Source: an uncultured bacterium (lineage in GTDB: Bacteria; Patescibacteriota; Minisyncoccia; UBA6257; 2-01-FULL-56-20). Taken from it: a DNA stretch of 64,000 nt. The notes beneath the pieces were generated by a model. The model saw only the letters and a list, made by a program, of their open reading frames with translations, had not been told where the DNA came from and made no database searches. Of the stretch, positions 9,725 to 18,484 are shown in pieces (position 1 is the stretch's first letter; the number at the start of each line of letters is the position of its first letter). The DNA lies in contig CAWJQC010000007.1 of assembly GCA_963844965.1 (NCBI GenBank), forward strand, positions 96,001 to 160,000. Reading direction: 5' to 3'. The position numbers were made by a program, and so were the translations under genes.

Positions 9725-10507
9725 ATGTCCCAATATTACAAGCCGAAACGCGGCAGGAATTTATACAATCCGGCGAATCCGGAGCCGTTCGTCGTCAGCC
9801 GTTCCGGCATTGACCTATATATAGAGTGCCCGCGGTGTTTTTATCTGGACAGGCGTCTTGGCACCGCTAGGCCGCCGGGTTTTCCTTTCAGTTTGAACAC
9901 GGCGGTTGATGCTTTGCTCAAAAAAGAATTTGACATCCACCGCGCCGCGAACACGCAGCATCCCTTGATGAAAAAATATGGCATTGACGCCGTGCCCTAT
10001 GCGCACGAAAAGCTGGAAGAGTGGCGCGATTCCCGCCTTCGGGGCATAAAATTTTTCCACGAGCCGACGAATCTCACGATAAAAGGCGGCATTGACGACG
10101 TCTGGGTAAATCCGAAAGGAGAATTGCATATCGTGGATTACAAAGCTACCTCAAAAACATCGGAAGTTAACATTGACGCCGAGTGGCAGAGCGGATACAA
10201 GCGGCAGATGGAAGTTTACCAGTGGCTTTTCCGCAAGAACGGCTTTGATGTTTCCGACATCGGCTATTTCGTTTACTGCAACGGCGACACGGACAAAAAA
10301 GCGTTTGACGCCAAGCTGGAATTTAACGTCAAGGTGATTCCCTACAAAGGAAACGACGGCTGGGTGGAGGAAACGATTCGCGAGGTAAAAAGCTGCCTTG
10401 ATTTTGATGAACTTCCCGCGGCGAACGACAGCTGCGACTGGTGTGCCTACTTCGGCGCGAGAGAACGGCTGGAGAAAGGAAACAGCGACTTTATTGAGAG
10501 CGCGTGA
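9725..10507 (+). CDS. Cas4-like PD-(D/E)xK nuclease with Cys cluster (solo, no CRISPR nearby)
   Basis: RecB-nuclease motifs GGIDDV ... LHIVDYKA ... Y..Q, with Cys pairs CPRC (N-terminal) and CDWC (C-terminal) consistent with a Cas4/AddB-type 4Fe-4S site. Confidence 0.6.
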   Translation: MSQYYKPKRGRNLYNPANPEPFVVSRSGIDLYIECPRCFYLDRRLGTARPPGFPFSLNTAVDALLKKEFDIHRAANTQHPLMKKYGIDAVPYAHEKLEEWRDSRLRGIKFFHEPTNLTIKGGIDDVWVNPKGELHIVDYKATSKTSEVNIDAEWQSGYKRQMEVYQWLFRKNGFDVSDIGYFVYCNGDTDKKAFDAKLEFNVKVIPYKGNDGWVEETIREVKSCLDFDELPAANDSCDWCAYFGARERLEKGNSDFIESA

Positions 10508-10558
10508 TTTGGAGGCGTTCTTCATCAAATATTTCGGTGTCTCCATTAGCTTTTTAAT

Positions 10559-11248
10559 ATGCTTAGGAGTTTTCTGGGCAAACGTTTGCTTGTTCTTGTG
10601 GCGCATCCCGACGACGAGAGTTTCGCGGCCGCCGGAACTATCCACAAGAATCGCGAGGCGGGCGGAAAGAACGCCATCATTTGCGTTACCCGCGGCGAGA
10701 GGGGAAAGTCCCATCTCGCAAGGCCGCATACGTCGCGCGAGCTTAAAGCCATCCGTTCAAAGGAGCTTGAAGCCGCGGCGCGGTTTTTGAAGGTGATGGA
10801 ACTGCGCATTCTTGATTTTCCCGATGGAAGAGTCACGGAGAATAAAAATAAAATTTACGAAAGATGCCTGCCACTTGCGCGGTGTTTGAAGCCCGACGTG
10901 ATTTTGAGCTTCGGTCCGGACGGAATTTCCGGGCATCTTGACCACATCGCCGTCGGTTCCGTGGCGAAAAAAATAGCAAGAGACCTGAAAGTTCCTTTCA
11001 TAGCTTTCGCTGCTTCGCCGCATCTCGTCAAGAATTTCCGAAGTCTTGAACAACGTAGGAAATTCGGCGTGTATTCAAAGAGCGTCCGTCACGCGGCGCA
11101 CGATCTGAAGATAGCCGTCAATTCTAAAATAAAATCAAAGACGCTGCGGTTCCATAGATCGCAGATAGGCGATGTTGGGCAGTTCCGCTCCGAAAACAGG
11201 GTGATTGCCAAAAATTTTTTGCGATACGAATATTTTCGCGTGTTGTGA
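10559..11248 (+). CDS. PIG-L/LmbE family deacetylase
   Basis: N-terminal LVLVAHPDDESF motif (AHPDDE zinc-binding signature). Confidence 0.7.
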   Translation: MLRSFLGKRLLVLVAHPDDESFAAAGTIHKNREAGGKNAIICVTRGERGKSHLARPHTSRELKAIRSKELEAAARFLKVMELRILDFPDGRVTENKNKIYERCLPLARCLKPDVILSFGPDGISGHLDHIAVGSVAKKIARDLKVPFIAFAASPHLVKNFRSLEQRRKFGVYSKSVRHAAHDLKIAVNSKIKSKTLRFHRSQIGDVGQFRSENRVIAKNFLRYEYFRVL

Positions 11249-11333
11249 GCAGCGGGCGCGGCTTGCGCGAGCGTTTCAGCGCCGGGGAAAATCCGGAGAA
11301 AAAATCGCGATGTCGGGAGATTTGCTGCGGAGG

Positions 11334-11930
11334 TTATCGGGAATATTTTTTTGTTATCCTGCGGTAAATTCTTACTAGTACAAAAATTACGACTCCGACG
11401 GCAACGATGCCGGCGATGGTGCTTTGGATACCGGAAAAATCGCCCCAATAGCTTCCTGCGGCGTATCCAAGGGACAGCGCAACGAAAGGTTCAATAAAGT
11501 TACCTAAGAAATCATATGTGATGAAGGTTTTGAACGGCACCTTCACGAGGCCGGCGAGAATCGCCGCAATTGGGCTTAGCGATCCCGCAAAGCGGGTCGC
11601 GAATACCGTCGCCGCGGCATCAGCAACCAGTTCTTCTTTGAGCCGGGTAAAAAAGACAATTTTTTCCAGCCGCAGGACGCGGACAATCCACCTGCTGTAT
11701 TTTCTTGTAACCGCGTAGTCGGTTAAGTCGCCGAGCGTGTTGGCGGTAACGGCAACGGTGAGCGCCAGCCAATAACTGAAATACCCCTGGCTTGAAAACG
11801 CTCCTATGGCGAGGAGCATGGCATTGCCGGGAAGCGGCAGAATCACCGCGGCGGAATAGACGATGATGAAGATCGCCTCATATCTATATAGTAGTACGTA
11901 GGATAGAAGAGAACCGAGCAGGGGAATCAT
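11334..11930 (-). CDS. DedA/TVP38 family membrane protein
   Basis: 198 aa, multi-TM, with DedA-like conserved G...GD..DY core. Confidence 0.6.
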   Translation of the reverse strand: MIPLLGSLLSYVLLYRYEAIFIIVYSAAVILPLPGNAMLLAIGAFSSQGYFSYWLALTVAVTANTLGDLTDYAVTRKYSRWIVRVLRLEKIVFFTRLKEELVADAAATVFATRFAGSLSPIAAILAGLVKVPFKTFITYDFLGNFIEPFVALSLGYAAGSYWGDFSGIQSTIAGIVAVGVVIFVLVRIYRRITKKYSR

Positions 11931-12391
11931 TTTGTTGCGCTGGGTACCGTGCTTGTTGAGTAGGTGCGCACCGCGTTTTGGACGACGGCTAAGAACACGG
12001 TTGCCGTGATGTGCTGGTTACTCGCGCAGCGGTTAAGAGAAACGCGCGGATAATGCGGGTCCGATATCCCCAGTTTTGTTTTGAGATAATACGGCTGCAG
12101 GTTGAAAATTCTGTTTATGTAGTCAAATGTCATCCAGCCCTGGATGATGCCGGAGTTTTCTGGTGAAAGCGGGCCGCGCCCGCGAAGAGTGTTCAAAAAG
12201 GAGGTGTGGTCGCGCATAATTTGCGACCTGCGCAAGGTCCGGTATTCCCTGTAGAGCGCGAAACACAAAACGACCAGTATGATGCCGAGAACCGCGATGA
12301 CGTACTTCAGGTACGAACCGGTGTGGTTTGGTTTTGATATTGTCATACCGTTAATTATAATCCTTTTAGTTTTAGAAAACCCGATATTCAC
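11927..12391 (-). CDS. hypothetical membrane-anchored protein
   Basis: 4-nt overlap with the downstream DedA gene start. Single TM segment. No motif. Confidence 0.35.
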   Translation of the reverse strand: MNIGFSKTKRIIINGMTISKPNHTGSYLKYVIAVLGIILVVLCFALYREYRTLRRSQIMRDHTSFLNTLRGRGPLSPENSGIIQGWMTFDYINRIFNLQPYYLKTKLGISDPHYPRVSLNRCASNQHITATVFLAVVQNAVRTYSTSTVPSATK

Positions 12392-12421
12392 GAATCTTTA
12401 CTTTGCGGCTAAAATAAAGAG

Positions 12422-13042
12422 ATGAGAGGCGCTTATTTTTTTATTGTATTAGCGGGAATCGCGGCACTGTCTGCTCCCGTGGCGCGGGTCGCGGCGGATG
12501 TGAATGCGGCTTCGTCAACGGGGAATATTCGCCCGACCATTCCTGCCGGTGTGGACGTGAACCGCGTGCCGGTTACGGAGCGCGGCTGGGAAGTCGGGAG
12601 GACAGACGATATAGAAATTGTCGGATTGAAAGCTCCAGCCGTTGTGCCGGCTGTCGCGACGACAAGCGACCCTTTGCTCGTTCAAACCGTGAGCGACATG
12701 AGAACGTTCGGGCGGGACGTAGCGGAGCGTGACGCGAATATCAGATTGATTATGGTCAGTCCCGAGACGACGGAGGTGGATTATGCCGTCCAGGGAAAGT
12801 TTCTTTGGATCGTGCCAATGAAAGTAAACGTAGATGTGTCGGTTGATAAGGAAGACGACGTGAAAGTAGAACTGCCGTGGTACGGAGCTTTCGTGAAAAT
12901 GGCGGCGAGATTTGACGTTTGGGACATTGAACAGACGCTTGATGAGCGCGCCGTCTCGGCGCCGGAGGATGAGTTCAGCCGTCAGGCGTGGACCCTGCAG
13001 GAATTGGCCGCGATCATGAAGGAATATACCGCGCGTAATTAG
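12422..13042 (+). CDS. hypothetical secreted protein
   Basis: N-terminal signal-peptide-like segment MRGAYFFIVLAGIAALSAPVARVAA. Confidence 0.45.
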   Translation: MRGAYFFIVLAGIAALSAPVARVAADVNAASSTGNIRPTIPAGVDVNRVPVTERGWEVGRTDDIEIVGLKAPAVVPAVATTSDPLLVQTVSDMRTFGRDVAERDANIRLIMVSPETTEVDYAVQGKFLWIVPMKVNVDVSVDKEDDVKVELPWYGAFVKMAARFDVWDIEQTLDERAVSAPEDEFSRQAWTLQELAAIMKEYTARN

Positions 13043-13358
13043 ATTCGTTTTTTCTTAATCGGTTTGTTGGGAAGTGTTCGGTCACGGCGCGTGAGCTTGA
13101 CCACGCCCGCAGTTCGCGCTAAACTGCGGCTGGCGTTAATTTTTGAGAAAACACGGGAGGCGCGGAGTGGAAATACAGATTGTTGGTATTGGGTGTGCGT
13201 TGCTTAGCGGGATATGGGTTGCCCATCTGGATATGGGCATTTTGTTGCTTGCCATCATGCTCTTTGTGGTGATCATCGCGGCGAGACATTTACTGCCCAA
13301 AATGTCCCAGGCTTCACATGAACCGCTGGCGAAAGATGGCAAAAGATAGAGAATCGCG

Positions 13359-13631
13359 GTGAGGAGGGCGAGGAGAAGGAAGTATCCCGGGGTTATCGCC
13401 GAAATCAAGAAAGTGAAATCGGCCAGAGACCTTATGGATATTGTCGGCAGGTATAATTGCTTGGTCGGGAAAGAGAACAATGTTTTCCTAGTGAAAGCAC
13501 AGTTGTTTGAAAACCATCTCTCTGAGTGTGACTGGGCCAATATCTATTGCATCGCGGAAGAAGGGAGCGAGCTTGAAAAAGTCGCCAGAGAAAAAGCCGG
13601 CGATGCGTTGGATTTTCCTGAACCGATTTGA
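13359..13631 (+). CDS. hypothetical protein (weak call)
   Basis: GTG-start ORF of 90 aa downstream of a GAGGAGG-like stretch. No motif. Confidence 0.2.
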   Translation: MRRARRRKYPGVIAEIKKVKSARDLMDIVGRYNCLVGKENNVFLVKAQLFENHLSECDWANIYCIAEEGSELEKVAREKAGDALDFPEPI

Positions 13632-13697
13632 GTTTTTACGGCCGCGCGGTCAAGAACCGGCGGCCTGTTTTATTTTTAGTTGTGTTAAAATTACCTT

Positions 13698-14597
13698 ATG
13701 AAGTTGCCAAAGAAAGAAATTCCTACGCTCGCGGGAGTCGCCGCGGTGATTTTGCTTTTGGTTTTCGGGGGATATTATTTCTGGAAACTGAACGAAGAGA
13801 AGAAAATTCTTGAGGCGCGGAATACCACGCTCACGCAGTCCTTGAAGACCACCGAGGAAGCGCTTACGCGCCTCGAGGGGAATTTGTCGCAGTCCCAGAA
13901 AGACAACTCCGATCTCTCGGAGTCGCTCACGGCGGAAAAAACTAGGAACGATTCGTTCGCGTCGCAGATCAGCGACCTTTCGGGAACGGTCGGCACGCTT
14001 CAGAAGCTGGCCGCGACCGACCCGGAGCTTTTGATGAAATATTCCAAAGTTTATTTTTTGAGCGAAAATTACGTGCCCGCCCAACTTTCACCTATCGGTT
14101 CGGATTATCTTTACGACGAGAAAAAACCCCAGCTCATACTTTCCGGCGTTCTGCCGTACATCACGGCGATGCTCGCGTCGGCCAAGCGTGACGGAGTTGA
14201 ACTGCGCGTTCTTTCCGCCTACCGGTCTTTCTATGAGCAATTTTCGCTTAAGTACGAATACAAAATGGTCTACGGTTCGGGCGCCAACCAATTTTCTGCC
14301 GACCAGGGATATTCTGAGCACCAGCTGGGGACGGCTTGCGACTTCACGACGCCCGCGGTCGGTGGAAACCTTTCAGAATTCGCGAGTTCAACCGCTTATG
14401 CTTGGCTTACGGCGAACGCTTACGAATTCGGTTTCACGCTTTCCTATCCGGAAAACAATTCCTATTACCAGTTTGAACCGTGGCACTGGCGTTTCGTCGG
14501 TGTGGCTTTGGCGACCCATCTCCACGAAACGAACGAATATTTTTACGAGATGGCCCAGCGCGACATAGACCAATATCTCGTTTCATTTTTTGATTAG
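13698..14597 (+). CDS. VanY-like D-alanyl-D-alanine carboxypeptidase (peptidase M15B) with N-terminal TM and coiled-coil
   Basis: SAYRSFYEQ, SEHQLGTACDF and EPWHWRFVG zinc-ligand motifs of the VanY/M15 family. Confidence 0.8.
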   Translation: MKLPKKEIPTLAGVAAVILLLVFGGYYFWKLNEEKKILEARNTTLTQSLKTTEEALTRLEGNLSQSQKDNSDLSESLTAEKTRNDSFASQISDLSGTVGTLQKLAATDPELLMKYSKVYFLSENYVPAQLSPIGSDYLYDEKKPQLILSGVLPYITAMLASAKRDGVELRVLSAYRSFYEQFSLKYEYKMVYGSGANQFSADQGYSEHQLGTACDFTTPAVGGNLSEFASSTAYAWLTANAYEFGFTLSYPENNSYYQFEPWHWRFVGVALATHLHETNEYFYEMAQRDIDQYLVSFFD

Positions 14598-15060
14598 GCG
14601 CGGTTCGTCTGTCCGCCGGAAAGAAGCAGCCGCGCAGATTTTATAAGGCGAAACCGGCTTATGCACAGGGGTGTGCACAACGCGCCACTTTACGGGCAGA
14701 CCGCGGCACTACAATTAAGGTGAGCCTCGGGATGAGGAGAACGAAGTCGTAAGGCAGAGTTGTTCAGCAGAAATGTTGATATGTGTCCCGGGGCTCACGA
14801 AAGACCGCGCCCGCGCGGCTTTTTGTTTTGGCTGGTATGAGTTCATTTGCGCGCAAGTTTTATCCACACAAGATTTGCCGAATTGATGTTTATTTAGTTT
14901 AGTTGAGGACGTCAGTAGCCTGTCTGGTTGGACAGGACGGCAAGAGACCTATCCCTCACAAGGCGAGTTGATTGAGTGTAGGTATTATGGTAAGATGTCC
15001 TTAATGGGTCGATGGATTGAATTAATTAAACATAATTATTAATTATCTATAAAATTTAAA

Positions 15061-16230
15061 ATGGTTTCCAAGAAATTGTTTTGTTTCGGCATTATTGTTT
15101 CTCTTGTTTCTTTCGCGGGAGCGATGTCCTTTGTTTTTGCTCGCCAGCCGATAGACGGTTTTGAAGCTCATCATCCTATCCATGTGAGAGGAGAAGATTC
15201 TCATGGGAATATAACGGCTATCGCCGCCGCTCTTAGGCCCGATCAGACAACCAGCCTTACGCCGACAGCGATAAAGAGCGCATATAAATTGCCGGCAACC
15301 GGCGGCAGCGGAACGACGATTGCCATCGTGGACGCATACAACGATCCGAACATAGAAAACGACCTCAATGTCTTCAGTAAACAGTTTGGCTTGCCTTCGG
15401 TTACCAGTGCGAACTTCAGCGAGGTTTTAATGTCCCCGAGAGTTCAGAACGACAGCGGCTGGGGGCTTGAGGAATCACTCGATACCCAGTGGGCTCATGC
15501 TGTTGCGCCAAGCGCAAAAATTCTTCTAGTGATTGCGAAATCGGCGAGCGGCAATGACCTTCTTGCGGCAGTTGATTACGCGCGATCTCAGCGTGGCGTT
15601 GTGGCGGTCTCTATGAGCTGGGGTGGCAGCGAATTTTCAGGCGAGTCAAGCTATGATTCGTATTTTACGAGCAAGAACGGCAATAGCATTACCTTCTTTG
15701 CCGCCTCGGGAGATGGCGGACACGGTGTTGAATGGCCTGCGGTTTCTTCAAATGTCGTTGGCGTAGGCGGGACAACACTTACGCTCGCGGCGAACGGCGC
15801 AGTATCTTCTGAAACGGCCTGGAGCGGGAGTGGTGGAGGATTGAGCGGCTACGAGTCTGAGCCGGGCTACCAGACAACGTATAATATTCCAAATGATGCA
15901 AAAAAGTATCGGGCGGTACCGGATGTGTCGTATGATGCCGATCCCAATTCCGGTGTTTCGGTATATGACAGTTACGCTTATCAGGGATATAAGGGTTGGT
16001 TTGTCGTTGGCGGCACAAGCGTCGGAGCACCTCAATGGGCGGCAATCAAAGCGCTCGGCGGCACAGCCTCAAACCAGAAATTCTATCCGGACGCTTCGGG
16101 TGTCTCCTATGCATCCTACTTCCGCGACATCATGAGCGGCGGAAATGGTTCGTGTGCTCTTTATTGTACGGCCTCAGGTGGCTACGATTACGTTACTGGA
16201 CTCGGAAGTCCGCTTACGACAAAGTTCTAG
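15061..16230 (+). CDS. secreted subtilase-fold serine peptidase (S8/S53, sedolisin-like)
   Basis: Signal peptide. TIAIVDAYNDPNIENDLNVFSKQFGLP block. Ser motif GGTSVGAPQWAAI. Confidence 0.75.
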   Translation: MVSKKLFCFGIIVSLVSFAGAMSFVFARQPIDGFEAHHPIHVRGEDSHGNITAIAAALRPDQTTSLTPTAIKSAYKLPATGGSGTTIAIVDAYNDPNIENDLNVFSKQFGLPSVTSANFSEVLMSPRVQNDSGWGLEESLDTQWAHAVAPSAKILLVIAKSASGNDLLAAVDYARSQRGVVAVSMSWGGSEFSGESSYDSYFTSKNGNSITFFAASGDGGHGVEWPAVSSNVVGVGGTTLTLAANGAVSSETAWSGSGGGLSGYESEPGYQTTYNIPNDAKKYRAVPDVSYDADPNSGVSVYDSYAYQGYKGWFVVGGTSVGAPQWAAIKALGGTASNQKFYPDASGVSYASYFRDIMSGGNGSCALYCTASGGYDYVTGLGSPLTTKF

Positions 16231-16268
16231 TTCCCCTTCGGAAACGGAAAAGACAATCCAATTAAAAA

Positions 16269-16290
16269 CCGGGCGTATGCCCGGTTTTTA
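16269..16290 (+). terminator. intrinsic terminator after peptidase gene
   Basis: ccgggc-GTAT-gcccgg stem-loop followed by TTTTT. Confidence 0.6.
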
Positions 16291-16363
16291 ATTTGTCCGT
16301 GCGTTACCGGGCACCGGCTGTTTCTGTTATACTTAAACCAGATCTTGCGAAGGAGGTGGAATT

Positions 16364-16498
16364 ATGTTCGGTCAGATCTTTGCTATAGTATTTATCGTGG
16401 CCGAAGCCGCTGCAGTAACTTTTATTTTTGCCGGCGCCAGGCCGAAAAAGCCGAAAGAGTCCAGAGAGGAGAAGCAGGAGAAAAAGAAAGATAAGTAG
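16364..16498 (+). CDS. small hydrophobic/basic protein (44 aa)
   Basis: Strong SD AGGAGGTG 5 nt upstream of the ATG. MFGQIFAIVFIVAEAAAVTFIFAG TM segment then a K/E-rich tail. Bracketed by terminators. Too short for the ORF track. Confidence 0.4.
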   Translation: MFGQIFAIVFIVAEAAAVTFIFAGARPKKPKESREEKQEKKKDK

Positions 16499-16532
16499 GC
16501 CGCCCATCGCGCTTCACCGGGCGGCTTTTTTT
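16499..16532 (+). terminator. intrinsic terminator
   Basis: gccgccc ... gggcggc stem followed by TTTTTTT. Confidence 0.5.
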
Positions 16533-16673
16533 GATTACGTTGCGACACATCGCGCTTGCCTTGCGGAACCGCTCCATCATTCGGGCGAATGGTGGAATAG
16601 TTGATGAAATCGCTTAAATGTAGGATGATGCAGGGACCGCGGAAATTCCCGGCAAACGGCAAATTTTAAGCAG

Positions 16674-17420
16674 ATGAAAATAAGGAACATCGGCGCGGGG
16701 AAGGCAACAGTCCTCGTGGGCGTTCTCAAGCGCAAGCGGGATTTGGACATATTTCTCAAAGAACATTGGTATAGGATCCCGCTTCTTAAAGTGCCCAAGC
16801 GGAAGTTTCGTTATTTGGCGCTGTACGAACCGGCGCGCTTTGGACGGCGAAGCAAGTGCATCAGATATTACGCCCGCGTCGCGCGGTGCCTTGTGGAGAA
16901 GCGGCGCGAACTGCTGCCGGACGAAAGGGAGCATCCGAACGCCGAAGAGAGGTATCTGAGGATTCGCGTCGGCAGGGTCACGCGGTTGCCGCGGCCAATT
17001 CGGAACGTGCCGCCGCGCCGCCTGTCTTTCGGTTTCGCCGACCTTGACCGGCTGCTTGCCGTGAAGACCATTTTACAGCTTTACCACGTCGCTCCGACCG
17101 AGGAGATCGTCGGCGCGGCGCTCAAGCGTTCTCACATCCGCGCCATTCCCCAGTGCCATGTTTCGTGCGCCGGGAAACATTACTGTTTGGATTTCGCGGT
17201 CCATTGCGAACGCGGCTCAATTGCCGTTGAGTGCGACAATAAGAAAGCGCATGCCGGCGCCCGCCAGCAAGCGTACGATAGCGCCAAAGACACTTTTCTT
17301 TTTAATCATGGCTGGACGGTCATCCGGCTGAAGGAGGAAGCGATACTCTCCGATGTCCAATCCTGTGTTTTGCGGATACGGCGCGCCATAAAAAACTTCG
17401 GTGGAATGGCCTGTCGGTAG
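16674..17420 (+). CDS. DUF559 (Vsr-like PD-(D/E)xK endonuclease) domain protein with N-terminal extension
   Basis: C-terminal block YCLDFAVHCERGSIAVECDNKKAH ... FLFNHGWTVIRL typical of DUF559/Vsr-like domains. Confidence 0.55.
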   Translation: MKIRNIGAGKATVLVGVLKRKRDLDIFLKEHWYRIPLLKVPKRKFRYLALYEPARFGRRSKCIRYYARVARCLVEKRRELLPDEREHPNAEERYLRIRVGRVTRLPRPIRNVPPRRLSFGFADLDRLLAVKTILQLYHVAPTEEIVGAALKRSHIRAIPQCHVSCAGKHYCLDFAVHCERGSIAVECDNKKAHAGARQQAYDSAKDTFLFNHGWTVIRLKEEAILSDVQSCVLRIRRAIKNFGGMACR

Positions 17421-17578
17421 TTGCCAGAAATTCGCGCCGCCATAAAAATTTCCGCGGGTGTTTGCCTGCTGGTAGGGCGGTTATGTTTTCGGATTTTTTC
17501 CGATTTCGTTTCCGCCGAGGGCGGATTAGCTTCCGATAGAAACCTACGGCGAGCCGTCGGGTAATTCAAGCGTCCTCA

Positions 17579-18367
17579 CCGCCCGCCGGTTAACAATTGT
17601 TAACCGGCGGGCGGGAAGAGCAGGGTGTAATGAGGCGCGTAGCTCACCTGGCTGCTAATGGCGCGGCGCGATTTTCTCGCGCTAATTTCCGGGATGCGAA
17701 CCATTTCAGGATTTTCGGCAGATCGTTTTTGCTGATAACAAAAGCCCTCCCGATGCGGGTTGCCGGAATTCTCTTTTTGTCTATATTTTTGAAAACCGCG
17801 ACGCGGCTGATGCCCAAAACTTTCGCAAGTTCCGCCGTGGATATGAATTCCTTGTTGATCTCGTCCGCCATTCTCCGCATTTTCATTTTTCCACCTTAGC
17901 ACAATATCCGCGGGTTAACAATTGTTAACTTTGTCGGAATGGTAATCGGCCATAGTTAAAATCATAGTCAAAATGGTGGCTCATCTAGTGATTTGCCTCT
18001 GGTTGGGGGCTCTGAGTATCAACCAGTACCGGTTAACAATTGTTAACTTTGTCAGAATAGTGATTTGACATAGTTAGAACAATTAGAATGGTGACCTGCC
18101 ATAGTCGCATAGTCACGTGGCTCGTCCTTGGTGGTGGACTTTGGGCATCAATCGGCGCGGGTTAACAATTGTTAACTTTGTCAGAATGGTAATCTGTAGC
18201 CGGCGGGATCTCTGGCGGAGTCCTCCGCCAGGGGCGTGGTATCCCGGACATCAACTGGCGCCGGTTAACAATTGTTAACCGAGCAACAGAAAACAAAACC
18301 GAGAAAAAATCCCCCCAGTCATTTTTTCATCGTTTTTCCGTCCGCAGGTTAACAATTGTTAACCTGC
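17579..18367. repeat. array of six copies of the perfect palindrome GTTAACAATTGTTAAC, within degenerate tandem units of about 120 bp
   Basis: Core copies at 17589, 17913, 18031, 18161, 18264 and 18348. First copy extends to a 36-bp perfect palindrome (17579-17614), fifth to 20 bp, sixth to 24 bp. Units 2-4 share TTTGTCrGAATrGTrAT after the core and CATCAAyCrG before the next one. Confidence 0.85.
17644..17886 (-). CDS. excisionase/MerR-type helix-turn-helix DNA-binding protein
   Basis: 80 aa. ISTAELAKVLGISRVAVFKNIDKKRIPATRIGRAFVISKNDL matches the Xis/AlpA-family HTH_17 pattern. Confidence 0.6.
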   Translation of the reverse strand: MKMRRMADEINKEFISTAELAKVLGISRVAVFKNIDKKRIPATRIGRAFVISKNDLPKILKWFASRKLARENRAAPLAAR

Positions 18368-18484
18368 ACTGTGCGCTGCCTGTTGACTATTACTGACTAT
18401 TAAAAAATGCGGGTAGATAAAGCGAGCACGGTATGGAGTTGGGGCCGCTTGACGATGCGCGGTCGCGGTGTTAATTTCATAAAT

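Noticed and set aside
13136-13540. Minus-strand ORF 13136-13540 and plus-strand ORF 13143-13349
   Set aside because: Mutually overlapping, no motifs. At most a small GTG-start membrane peptide at about 13167. Evidence too thin.
14600-14640. GTCCGCCGGAAAGAAGCAGCC resembles the conserved SRP-RNA domain IV motif (GGUCCGGAAGGAAGCAGCC)
   Set aside because: The flanks cannot form the required helix closing a GNRA tetraloop and no complementary 3' strand was found. The 5' half would have to lie inside the VanY coding region. Needs cmscan; not called.
17579-18367. Palindrome array considered as a CRISPR array
   Set aside because: The repeat is a perfect 16-bp palindrome and the spacers are 70-110 bp sharing conserved flanks, i.e. 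degenerate tandem units. There are no cas genes. Fits operator/iteron-type repeats instead.
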